IMG/VR virus record: IMGVR_UViG_3300044631_002111
Location: 1 to 57,691 of that record
Strand: one strand, 5' to 3'
Source of the DNA: a virus
Lineage: Duplodnaviria > Caudoviricetes
DNA length: 57,691 nucleotides
Shown here: one piece after another, positions 46,921 through 55,463 of the stretch
How the letters are laid out: every line of letters begins with the position of its first letter
How positions within the stretch are numbered: the first letter of the stretch is position 1
Notes under the pieces: model-generated
The model's input: only the letters and a program-made list of their open reading frames with translations
What the model was told of the DNA's origin: nothing
Databases searched by the model: none
Program-made: the position numbers and the translations under genes

Positions 46921-47310
46921 AGTAGATTAACCTTGTAGCGTCGATTTATTCACGCGAACGGATTGACGTCTGGCAGACGTCTGAAACAGCAAAGCGTGGA
47001 ATGTCTGGCCAAGATGGCAGCAGACTCGCACAACGCTCATTCGCCCTTCGCGAATAGCAAGTAAGCGTGGAAGCCCTCGGCCCGAGTTGTATCCGAACCC
47101 CCTTTCCGAGCCTATCGGCTCACCTAAAAAATCAGCGGGAATCCCATACAAGTCGTTGAGACGTCGCGTAATTAAAGCAAAAGCAAAAGTCATTAGATCA
47201 CCCCCTGCTTCGAGAGAGGCAGGGGCTATCTGGTGAATAAGTGTTACCAGAGACGCTCTGCCGTCAGGCAGGGTATATTCAACCACAACCTAAAAACGAA
47301 AGATCATACC

Positions 47311-47553
47311 ATGAACAAACAAATGCACCGCTTCACAGCACCGCTGGAAAGCGACGACTGGAAACAACGTCTCGCCGCCTACCTCGCGCAAGACGACGAG
47401 TCGTTGGAAGCGCAATACCACAAGAACGACACCGCCTCGGAACCCGATCCGGAGCCGTTCTACTTCGTCGCACCCGCTGTCTCCGAACAGCGTTTCGCGG
47501 TTCCCACCAACGTGTTGTCCGCCTTGGACACACTCAACAAGTCGGTCGCCTAG
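47311..47553 (+). CDS. Early hypothetical protein
   Basis: 80 aa, GAAAGA leader. Confidence 0.6.
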   Translation: MNKQMHRFTAPLESDDWKQRLAAYLAQDDESLEAQYHKNDTASEPDPEPFYFVAPAVSEQRFAVPTNVLSALDTLNKSVA

Positions 47554-47558
47554 TCCGG

Positions 47559-47574
47559 TATCCGATATCGGATA
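47559..47574. repeat. 16-bp palindrome, copy 5
   Basis: Exact match, intergenic. Confidence 0.95.
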
Positions 47575-47599
47575 AGTAACCCAAAATTACTTTCACACT

Positions 47600-47839
47600 A
47601 TGAGCACCAACTTCCCATCAACCGGCATCAAACCGCAAGACGTTGCCGCGGAACTAGCACAAGCCATCCGCGACCACCGCCAGCGCAAAACCCTGCGCCT
47701 TGTCGTCCGAGACAACGACGGCAGCAACCAATGCTTGCCGCCCTCGGCGTGGATGATCCTCGCCGACCGGATCTCCAACCGCGCCATCGACAAAGTCATG
47801 GACGTGGTGGCCAAGCAACGCATCGGCCTTGCCGCCTAA
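47600..47839 (+). CDS. Early hypothetical protein ending in LAA
   Basis: 79 aa. Confidence 0.65.
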   Translation: MSTNFPSTGIKPQDVAAELAQAIRDHRQRKTLRLVVRDNDGSNQCLPPSAWMILADRISNRAIDKVMDVVAKQRIGLAA

Positions 47840-47944
47840 TCCCATGACCACCATCGAACTCACTCAAACGATGCTGGAGATCGCCGTGTTCCTCGTCATC
47901 CCCGCCGTGTTTGTCGCGGTGTGGGTCACCAACGATTAAGCCCT

Positions 47945-47960
47945 TATCCGATATCGGATA
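47945..47960. repeat. 16-bp palindrome, copy 6
   Basis: Exact match, 7 nt before ATG 47968. Confidence 0.95.
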
Positions 47961-47967
47961 TCTCACC

Positions 47968-48645
47968 ATGAAACATCTGTTCTACCAACCGCTCAAAGTT
48001 GACGCCAAAGACCCCGACGTTCTGTTTTGGGGTTGTTTGCATTACGGCCACGACCCCAAGTGGGATGTCCCACTCTGGGCGCGGCGCGGCTATGCTTCGT
48101 CGGCGGATCACGATCAAGGCATCATAGATGCCTGGCGCACCAAGGCCACCGACCGCACCATAGCTTTCCTGCTCGGAGACAATGTCTTCGGCTACGGAGG
48201 CGAAGAGAAGTTCCGTTACCTGCTCGACACGCTGCGCTTCAAGACCGCGTATGTTTTGTCGGGCAACCACCACGCCGGATGGAAGCAAGTGTTCGAGAGC
48301 TGCGAAGGTAATACCCTGCAACTCGGCGACGACAAGTCCGTGGTCTTTGTCCCCAACTACTTGGAGACATACGTCAACGGCCAACCCATCGTCCTGTCGC
48401 ATTATCCGATAGCTTCATGGAACGGCCAAGGCCACGGATCGTGGATGCTCCATAGCCATTGCCACGGAGAACTCTACAAGAGCGACCTCGGCAAGCTGCT
48501 CTACCGCGCCAAGATCAAGGACGTTGGTGTGGACTGCTGCCCTGCACCCCTGTCGTTTGGCGAACTGCGACACCAATTCCGTGAAGAGTCGGTCAGCTTC
48601 GACCATCACACCCCGAACACTCGGACTCCGTTTACCCCGCAATGA
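47968..48645 (+). CDS. Calcineurin-like metallophosphoesterase
   Basis: CLHYGH, LLGD, GNHH, HYP, HSHCH, DVGVD motifs. Confidence 0.85.
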   Translation: MKHLFYQPLKVDAKDPDVLFWGCLHYGHDPKWDVPLWARRGYASSADHDQGIIDAWRTKATDRTIAFLLGDNVFGYGGEEKFRYLLDTLRFKTAYVLSGNHHAGWKQVFESCEGNTLQLGDDKSVVFVPNYLETYVNGQPIVLSHYPIASWNGQGHGSWMLHSHCHGELYKSDLGKLLYRAKIKDVGVDCCPAPLSFGELRHQFREESVSFDHHTPNTRTPFTPQ

Positions 48646-48893
48646 ACTGCCCACAATGCGGCGCCGGTATTCCGGCTGCTCGCACCAACCTCGGCTTCTT
48701 CATCTGCGTGTCTTGTGCTCAACAGCGTCCGGTTCCCAAATACAAGGGAGCCATGACCTACGATCAAAAGACCGGAGGCGCCGTCACCCTCATGTCGCCC
48801 GCCGAGTTCACCTACTTCAGGAAGGTGACTCGTCGCCGTGGGCAGCAAAGCGTCCTGCGCAACGTGTTACACGCAAACGGACGCGCCGTCTGA
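48642..48893 (+). CDS. Small Zn-finger protein (DksA/TraR-like C4)
   Basis: CPQCG..IP.AR......CVSCA. Confidence 0.6.
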   Translation: MNCPQCGAGIPAARTNLGFFICVSCAQQRPVPKYKGAMTYDQKTGGAVTLMSPAEFTYFRKVTRRRGQQSVLRNVLHANGRAV

Positions 48894-48899
48894 AACCCT

Positions 48900-48915
48900 T
48901 ATCCGATATCGGATA
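48900..48915. repeat. 16-bp palindrome, copy 7
   Basis: Exact match, intergenic. Confidence 0.95.
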
Positions 48916-48982
48916 ACTCTGGCAAACGCCGTCCCGCCAACAAGTGGACAGCAAAACCTAACCTAGAAAGACCAACACCAGT

Positions 48983-49420
48983 ATGAACGAATCCATCGAA
49001 TACTCCGATCTGTATTCTGGCGTCCAATACTCCAAGGATCAGCACGACGAGCTTGTCGCGCCGCTTCTGCGCGTTATCGAAACCATCCCCTCGGTCGTTC
49101 GCGACGAGAAGGGGAGTGTCAAACTCGGCGAGCCGATCATCGCCGACCTCTTGGGGAGCTACCCCATGACCATCGTGCGATTCCGTCCGAGCATTGTCTT
49201 GACGCTCCAACTCCAAGACGACGGCGGCAAGCCGTATGTCATCGGCAAACTCAAAAAGTTCCACGAACTGCGCCGCGCAGAAAATGGCGACGTCATCAGT
49301 AGTGCAAACGAGACCATTGAATTGGGGCCGTTGTATCCGCGGGAATTGGAACGTCTACCCGAACTTGTCGCCAAGCTGGAGCAGACAGAAGTCCCGAATC
49401 TCTTATCCGATATCGGATAA
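48983..49420 (+). CDS. Early hypothetical protein (ends SDIG inside the palindrome)
   Basis: 145 aa. Confidence 0.65.
   Translation: MNESIEYSDLYSGVQYSKDQHDELVAPLLRVIETIPSVVRDEKGSVKLGEPIIADLLGSYPMTIVRFRPSIVLTLQLQDDGGKPYVIGKLKKFHELRRAENGDVISSANETIELGPLYPRELERLPELVAKLEQTEVPNLLSDIG
49404..49419. repeat. 16-bp palindrome, copy 8
   Basis: Exact match. Confidence 0.95.
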
Positions 49421-49481
49421 CTCTGGCCTCCGCCATCCCGCCAACAAGTGGATGGCATCTAACCTAGAAAGAAAACGAACC

Positions 49482-49676
49482 ATGACCTTCGAGTCACCAA
49501 CCAAACAACCGAACCGCCGCGCCTTCATCTGGAGACCCGGCTGCAAGCGTCTCGTGCCCGAGACGACCCGCAAAACCCAGCACTCCTTCTCCTTCCTACC
49601 GGATGCCGAGATCGAGCGCTACGTCAGCGCCGATTTGGCGCAGGGTATCATCAACCGCAACCCTAAAAAGCACTAA
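49482..49676 (+). CDS. Early hypothetical protein
   Basis: 64 aa after a CCTAGAAAGA leader. Confidence 0.55.
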   Translation: MTFESPTKQPNRRAFIWRPGCKRLVPETTRKTQHSFSFLPDAEIERYVSADLAQGIINRNPKKH

Positions 49677-49851
49677 CCCACATGAAGAAGAAATCCCCAA
49701 AGCAGGGACAACCCCTCAATTCAACCGGACAGAAATGCACCTGCCGCAAAGGCGTTGAACGCAACAACTGCCCCCACTGCGAAGGCACAGGATGGCGCAT
49801 CAATTTCCGCGCTGTGTTCTTCAACTTCCTATCCGAACTCGACGAATACCA

Positions 49852-50316
49852 ATGAGCAAAAAACTCACCAAGAAAGCTCTGTTGCAGAAGGCCAAAGCCC
49901 GACTCATGGGCGACGAACCGACTGCTGCCGAGATGTTCCTCCTCGCCCACAAGTTGGGGATAAAGTCTGCCAAGATCGAATTCAGCGGTTCCGGTGACGA
50001 CGGCGATTACTACGACCCAGAATACGAAGGCGGCGAAGACCCCAAGATCACAGACGCCAGCGGCAACTGGGTCCCCAACCCCAAGTATGGGGAAGACCAC
50101 CAACGCTTGGACAAAATGGTCCAAGAGACGGCGGAGAACTGGGTCCAAAGCACCGACGTCGATTGGTATAACAACGAAGGCGGCGGAGGTAACGTCGCGT
50201 TCGACTTCAAGACCGGCGGAGTGACCGGATACATCTTCCAATACGAGCAGGTCGAACACGAAGCCGCTAGCGGGGAGTGGAACCTGCTCGAAGACAAAGA
50301 AGAGGGGGACGAGTAA
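49852..50316 (+). CDS. DUF6878-like protein
   Basis: GI....IEFSGSGDDG ... DWYNNEGG.G. Confidence 0.7.
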   Translation: MSKKLTKKALLQKAKARLMGDEPTAAEMFLLAHKLGIKSAKIEFSGSGDDGDYYDPEYEGGEDPKITDASGNWVPNPKYGEDHQRLDKMVQETAENWVQSTDVDWYNNEGGGGNVAFDFKTGGVTGYIFQYEQVEHEAASGEWNLLEDKEEGDE

Positions 50317-50675
50317 TGTCGCACCCCTACCACCACGCCGTTTCCTCTGCCAAGAAGTGGGGAGGAAAGGCCGAGGACTACCAGAAGATTCACGACTGGT
50401 TCGACCAGTCGAAATCATTCTATGCCGACTGGCGGCATCGCGCCCTTCGCCACCACGCGGAGGGCATTTTTATGTGCGAGTCCATCTTCGGCGTCACCCT
50501 CACCAACTCGCTCGGCCAGGAGATTCCTGTCCGTTTGATCGGCGAGCAACACGTCCGCGAGGACTTGGGCCGGATACCCAGCGTCCAAGACTGGCTCTCC
50601 AACATCACAAGTGTGCCGTGGATGCGGCACACCCCTAAAGAAGATCAACCACAACCAGTATCCGATATCGGATAA
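50316..50675 (+). CDS. DUF6915-like protein (ends SDIG inside the palindrome)
   Basis: HPYHHA.SS.KKWGG...DY..IH.WFD.SK....RHRA.RHH.EG...EQHV.ED. Confidence 0.75.
   Translation: MSHPYHHAVSSAKKWGGKAEDYQKIHDWFDQSKSFYADWRHRALRHHAEGIFMCESIFGVTLTNSLGQEIPVRLIGEQHVREDLGRIPSVQDWLSNITSVPWMRHTPKEDQPQPVSDIG
50659..50674. repeat. 16-bp palindrome, copy 9
   Basis: Exact match. Confidence 0.95.
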
Positions 50676-50710
50676 GTCACCACACCAACAACAAACTAAC
50701 TCAAATAAGT

Positions 50711-51777
50711 ATGAGCACTAACCTAACAACCGAAGAAATCGCGGACAAGATCCGCTCCTCTGCCCTGCTGGTATCTCTCCAGCTCGGCTCCTACAACCCC
50801 GTCAAGACCGACAAGACCGAGAGCCGCAAGGTCTCTTCGTCGCACGGCATCAACGACCCGAAGCTGATGAAGGTCCAGAAACACACGCTGCCCACGGCTG
50901 GCGTGCTCGACGACATCGGCAAGCTCGACACCAAGATCCGCGCTGCTGTTGACAAGTATACCGCTCCGTTTGCTCGGGGCATTGGTCTGCTTCCGGCCAT
51001 CAAGTTCTTCGACCTGCGCAAAGAAGTTAATGCGCTCTTCGACGAACGCGCCACCATGGTCAAGCGATTGGCCGATGAATACTCGATCTACTTGGACGGC
51101 GCGAAACGCAGCCTCAACGGCGCCTTCAAGGACGACGACTACCCTCCGGTCACCGACGTTGTCTCGCGCTTCTACGCCAAGCTCGACAGCTTCGCCATCG
51201 CCAACCCCAAGGACGCGCGCCTCGGAGTGCTCGGCGAAATCGCGGAGCAGATCCAAGCCGCGCAAGCCGACACCCTCAACGACAAGTTGTCCACAGTCGT
51301 GCCCTACCTGCGTGAGCTTCTGCTCAAGGCCCTCTGCCACCAGTCGGCCATCTTGCAGAACCCCGACGCCAAGCTCTACGAAACTACTTTCACGAACGTG
51401 CTGGAAGCCGCGGAGCAAGCCGAACATCTCAACATGTTGGGCGACGAACAGATCATCAACGCCGTCTTCGCCATCCGTGACCGGCTCGACCGGACCAAGG
51501 ATCAGGTGAAGGACGACGACCACATGCGCAAAATGATGTGTCCAAAGGCACAGGCAAGGCCAAAGCCAAGAAGTCCGTGGCCCCTGCCGCGCCGCTTCCC
51601 GAACCTCCTGCCGAGATCATCGTGCCCGATCTGGCCGAGGAGGATGAGCCGATTGATGAGCCGATTTCCTCCGCAGAAGTTGCGGAGATTGAACCGGAAA
51701 TCTCCGCAGAAGTGGAGACGACCGAAACCAAGGCGTCCTTCGACGCTGATGCCATGCTGGCCAAACTCGGCTGGTAG
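50711..51777 (+). CDS. DUF3150-like protein, apparently frameshifted near 51540
   Basis: LVSL.L..Y...KTDK...G..LLP...F...DYP....F motifs; the natural-looking acidic tail and stop (51777) are in the -1 frame. Confidence 0.6.
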
Positions 51778-51822
51778 GTATCATACACCACACCAACAAC
51801 ATAACCTAGAAAATCAAACATC

Positions 51823-52836
51823 ATGCAAACGATCGAAGTCACAACATCCCAACTGAAAACCGTCCTCAAGGACTGCCGTGCCGCCAAGCTCAACCCCTTC
51901 ATCCAAGGTCAGCCGGGGGTCGGCAAGTCCGCTGTCGTCAACGAGTTCGCCCGTGAGGAGAACTCCGAGTTCATCGACGTCCGCTTGGCCTACTTCGGCC
52001 CGCAGGACTTCGGCTACCCCTACCTCCACGTCAACGAGGACGGCACCAAGACTATGCGCGTCAGCCGCCCCTCGTTCTGGCCGACCACCGAGAACTCGGT
52101 GATCGCCTACGAGGAGTTCAACACCTGCTCCAAGAACGTGCAGAACTGCTCGTTGCAGTTGTTCCATGACCGCCGCCTCAACGACCACCACCTGCCGGAG
52201 GGCACGTTCCAAGTGCTGCTCGGCAATCGTGCCGAGGACCGCGTCAACATCGAGAAGCTCTCGTCCGCGGTCATCAACCGCATCGTCAACATCCGAGTCC
52301 GCCTCGACTTGGATTCGTGGATCAAGTGGGCGCAGAAACATGACGTTGACTCTCTGGTCATCGCCTTCCTGCGCTTCCGCCCCGACTTGTTGACGACATT
52401 CAACGGAGCCAAGTGGGACGGCGTGAGCAACTTCGCCTCGCCCCGCACATGGGAGAAGGCGGGCAACATCATCTCGGTGTCCACCGACCGCCACGTCCGC
52501 CACGCCCTCTTGCAGGGTGCGCTCGGTGACGGCGCTGCTGCCGAGTTCCTCGGCTTCCTCGCCGTCTACGAGAAGCTGCCCGACTTGGACGGCGTGCTGC
52601 TCAACCCGAACAAGGCTCCGGTCCCGACTGACCCTGCCACCATCTGGGCTACTTGTGCTGGCCTGTCCAAGCGCGTCAAGCCCAAGACCATGCCCAACTT
52701 CCTCACCTACCTCGACCGACTCCCCAAGGAGTTCTCGATGTTCGGGGTCAAGACGGCGGTCAACCAGAACAAGGCGCTCATGAATACCCCCTCGTTCGTG
52801 ACGTGGGTCACCGACAACCAAGAGGCGTTCAACTAA
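51823..52836 (+). CDS. MoxR-like AAA+ ATPase
   Basis: GQPGVGKS, IDVRL, YEEFN (Walker B variant), GNR.ED, NR, SPRTW. Confidence 0.9.
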   Translation: MQTIEVTTSQLKTVLKDCRAAKLNPFIQGQPGVGKSAVVNEFAREENSEFIDVRLAYFGPQDFGYPYLHVNEDGTKTMRVSRPSFWPTTENSVIAYEEFNTCSKNVQNCSLQLFHDRRLNDHHLPEGTFQVLLGNRAEDRVNIEKLSSAVINRIVNIRVRLDLDSWIKWAQKHDVDSLVIAFLRFRPDLLTTFNGAKWDGVSNFASPRTWEKAGNIISVSTDRHVRHALLQGALGDGAAAEFLGFLAVYEKLPDLDGVLLNPNKAPVPTDPATIWATCAGLSKRVKPKTMPNFLTYLDRLPKEFSMFGVKTAVNQNKALMNTPSFVTWVTDNQEAFN

Positions 52837-52841
52837 CCACT

Positions 52842-52857
52842 TATCCGATATCGGATA
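52842..52857. repeat. 16-bp palindrome, copy 10
   Basis: Exact match, between the AAA and VWA genes. Confidence 0.95.
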
Positions 52858-52877
52858 AGACAACCCATCAATAAGTT

Positions 52878-54197
52878 ATGAGCAAAGCATCAGACTTAGT
52901 CAGCCAAGCAGTCACCACGATTGTCTTGGACCACCCATTCTTCGCCACGCTGCTTCTCCAGATGCCGCGTATCGAAGACTCATCCATCCCGACTGCTTGC
53001 ACCAACGGGGTCCACATCCGCTACAACCCCACGTTCATCGAGTCGCTTACCCCGTCCGAGATCGCCGGATTGTTGGCGCATGAGGTCCTGCACCCTGCAC
53101 TCGGGCATCTCAAGCGACTACCTCCCAACAAGTTGGGCAACATCGCTGGCGACTTCGCCATCAACAACTTCCTTGATTCCTACAACAAGGAAGCCGGTGC
53201 GCGCCGCCTCGACCTGCCCGCTGGCGGTTGTCTCGACCACAAGTATGACGATATGAGTTGTGAGGAGATCCTCGCTGATCTGCTACGCAACCAACCGCCC
53301 GAACCTCCGGTCCCCACAAATCCTGGGGAAGAGGAAAGCGAGGGCGAGGGCGAAGGTGACGGCGACGGCCAAGGCGAAGGCAAGCCCGACCCCAACGGCA
53401 AATCCGGCAAGGGCAAGGGCAAGGGCAAAGGCAAAGGCAAAGGCTCCGAACCAGACGGCGGCTCCGGCCAAGACGACCCCCGCACCCAAGACGAGGGCGG
53501 CTGGGGCGAGTTCGAGGAGCAGGCTGGCTCCGAGGAGTTGTCCTCCGACGAGATGGCAAGCGAGTGGGAGCGGCGTGTTATCCAAGCAGCGACTGCTTGC
53601 AAGATGCAGGGCAAACTGCCCGGCTGCGTCGAAGCCCTACTCGACGACATCCTCGACCCCGATATCCCGTGGGAGCAGTTGTTGCAGCGGTTCTTCGACC
53701 AGACTTCTGCCAACGACTACTCGTGGCGCAAGCCGGATCGCCGGTTCTTGCCGCAGGACATCATCATTCCTGACCTGCACGACGAGACGCTCGGCGAAGT
53801 TGTAGTAGCAGTTGATACTAGCGGCTCCATCTTCTCCGATCCCGAGGCGCTCGCCTCATTCCAAGGCGCAGTCAACTCGCTCTTGGAAGGCTCCAAGCCG
53901 ACCAAGACCCACGTCATCTACTGCGACGCGGCGGTGCAAGGTAAGCCCGACGAGTCCTTCGACGGCGCTCCGATCAAGATCACTCCGCGTGGCGGTGGCG
54001 GCACCGACTTCCGTCCGGTTGGAGAATACATCGCGAAGCACAACATCACGCCTCGCGTCTGCATCTATCTCACCGACTTGTTCGGTGAGTTCCCCGACAC
54101 CGAATGGCCGTTCCCGACCATCTGGTGCGTCTACGGCAACCCCAATGGCGTCGCCCCCTTCGGCGACACCGTTCACATCAAACCTAAAAAGAAATAA
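52878..54197 (+). CDS. DUF2201-like metallopeptidase + VWA protein
   Basis: PTACTNG, HEVLH, N.A.D..IN, MIDAS DTSGS, GGGGTDF, YLTD. Confidence 0.88.
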   Translation: MSKASDLVSQAVTTIVLDHPFFATLLLQMPRIEDSSIPTACTNGVHIRYNPTFIESLTPSEIAGLLAHEVLHPALGHLKRLPPNKLGNIAGDFAINNFLDSYNKEAGARRLDLPAGGCLDHKYDDMSCEEILADLLRNQPPEPPVPTNPGEEESEGEGEGDGDGQGEGKPDPNGKSGKGKGKGKGKGKGSEPDGGSGQDDPRTQDEGGWGEFEEQAGSEELSSDEMASEWERRVIQAATACKMQGKLPGCVEALLDDILDPDIPWEQLLQRFFDQTSANDYSWRKPDRRFLPQDIIIPDLHDETLGEVVVAVDTSGSIFSDPEALASFQGAVNSLLEGSKPTKTHVIYCDAAVQGKPDESFDGAPIKITPRGGGGTDFRPVGEYIAKHNITPRVCIYLTDLFGEFPDTEWPFPTIWCVYGNPNGVAPFGDTVHIKPKKK

Positions 54198-54199
54198 CC

Positions 54200-54856
54200 A
54201 TGAAAACGAACAAACCTAAAAAATACCAATACAACTGCCATCTCATCGACGCTTGGCTCACCGATCAACTCCCGCCCGAAGGCGGATACTACACCGGAAG
54301 CAGCACCTACTTGGAGTGTGATGCCACCCACTTCTGGGCCGGAGAGGACCAAGCGTTCTTGCTCGCTCTCAAGCATCCGAAAGCCTTGCTGCTCAGTCCG
54401 GTGGCCGACATTCCGTTCACCGGAGCGGTGTGCGATGCCTCTCGCATGGTGGCGGCAAGTTATACCGAGTCCCGAGAAATTCGGTTTTTGTTGCCAAAGA
54501 ACGAACGTCAAAAGAACTGGGAAATGTATCGGATCGAAAAGCGGCCCCCTATAGGCATCCCGACGTTGTTCGTCCCCCGTCTGCGCGAAGACATGGCCAA
54601 CATGTTTTTGGAGATGCTGCTTCCGTCTGTCCACAAATACTACGACCGCGCATTCCAGAAACATTTCGCGGCCCGATCACACGGGGCCTCCAACCATTTG
54701 CTCGGCTACTATGCGGGGTATTATCGGGACTCCGACCAACACTCGGCCCCTGTCGCCCGTGTAAAGAAAACCTTCGCGGCCCTCAACCTTCCCTTCAAGG
54801 AAGAATGGAACCAGATGGCCCTGCTGCTCACCGCCAAGAAGCGGCTCGCTGCTTAA
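54200..54856 (+). CDS. Early hypothetical protein ending in RLAA
   Basis: 218 aa. Confidence 0.7.
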   Translation: MKTNKPKKYQYNCHLIDAWLTDQLPPEGGYYTGSSTYLECDATHFWAGEDQAFLLALKHPKALLLSPVADIPFTGAVCDASRMVAASYTESREIRFLLPKNERQKNWEMYRIEKRPPIGIPTLFVPRLREDMANMFLEMLLPSVHKYYDRAFQKHFAARSHGASNHLLGYYAGYYRDSDQHSAPVARVKKTFAALNLPFKEEWNQMALLLTAKKRLAA

Positions 54857-54886
54857 CCCGAAACAAACAACGAAAGAACTACTGAT

Positions 54887-55429
54887 ATGGAAACAACAAC
54901 TACACCAAAACGAAAAGCCCCCACCAAAGCCGAGGCCATGAAGGCCCTCGTCGAACTGGAGCGCAAGCTCATGGTCAAAGAGAACGATGAGGCTGCGGTT
55001 GCGAAGCAACTCGCCTTAGAGGAGTTGAAGCAAGCAACTTTGCAATACGTCTTGGAGAATCTCGACGCTCTCAAGGCCCAGCTTCATGTAGACGTTAACT
55101 TTTGGCGGCTAAAGGCTGGCGTTGGCTTCAACGTCGACTCCAAGGACAAAGACGACGGAGGGCTACCGATGCCGCCCCACCTCAAGAAGCTGCATAAAAA
55201 GTGGAATGAGATCGAAGAGCGACCCAACGGATACAACGTCGAGCACCTGGCGGAAAAAGAAATTCGCAAACGTATCGAGGACAAGTTGAAGAGAATCAGT
55301 CCCGATGCCGTGATCAACGGCGCCAACTGCGCCCAAGTCGAGCGCACCCCTGTCGTCAAGGAATACCTCACCGAGTTCCTTGCATCCCTGACCAAGGCAT
55401 CCAAAGCCGCCGAGCGGCTTGCTGCTTAA
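54887..55429 (+). CDS. Early hypothetical protein ending in RLAA
   Basis: 180 aa. Confidence 0.7.
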   Translation: METTTTPKRKAPTKAEAMKALVELERKLMVKENDEAAVAKQLALEELKQATLQYVLENLDALKAQLHVDVNFWRLKAGVGFNVDSKDKDDGGLPMPPHLKKLHKKWNEIEERPNGYNVEHLAEKEIRKRIEDKLKRISPDAVINGANCAQVERTPVVKEYLTEFLASLTKASKAAERLAA

Positions 55430-55463
55430 CCGGTATCACATACCACAACTTAACAATAAACTT

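Larger units (their letters stand above)
46527..47273 (+). ncRNA. Large (~750 nt) structured non-coding RNA candidate, family not recognised
   Basis: No credible ORF; starts at the predicted TSS; more than 15 helices seen by eye, including multibranch junctions and GAAA/TAAC tetraloops (see findings). Confidence 0.7.

Noticed and set aside
46542-47286. ORFs 46542-46829 and 46927-47286 (minus) as proteins
   Set aside because: No recognisable motifs or RBS, atypical composition, and antisense to the promoter-driven structured region.
45025-52857. CRISPR array made of the 16-bp palindromes
   Set aside because: The repeat is too short, spacing is 270-2200 bp with whole genes in between, and there is no cas operon; the Cas4-like gene is a solo replication-module nuclease.
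53335-53445. GE/GK dipeptide repeats (GGCAAG)n
   Set aside because: Ordinary low-complexity linker typical of DUF2201-like proteins.
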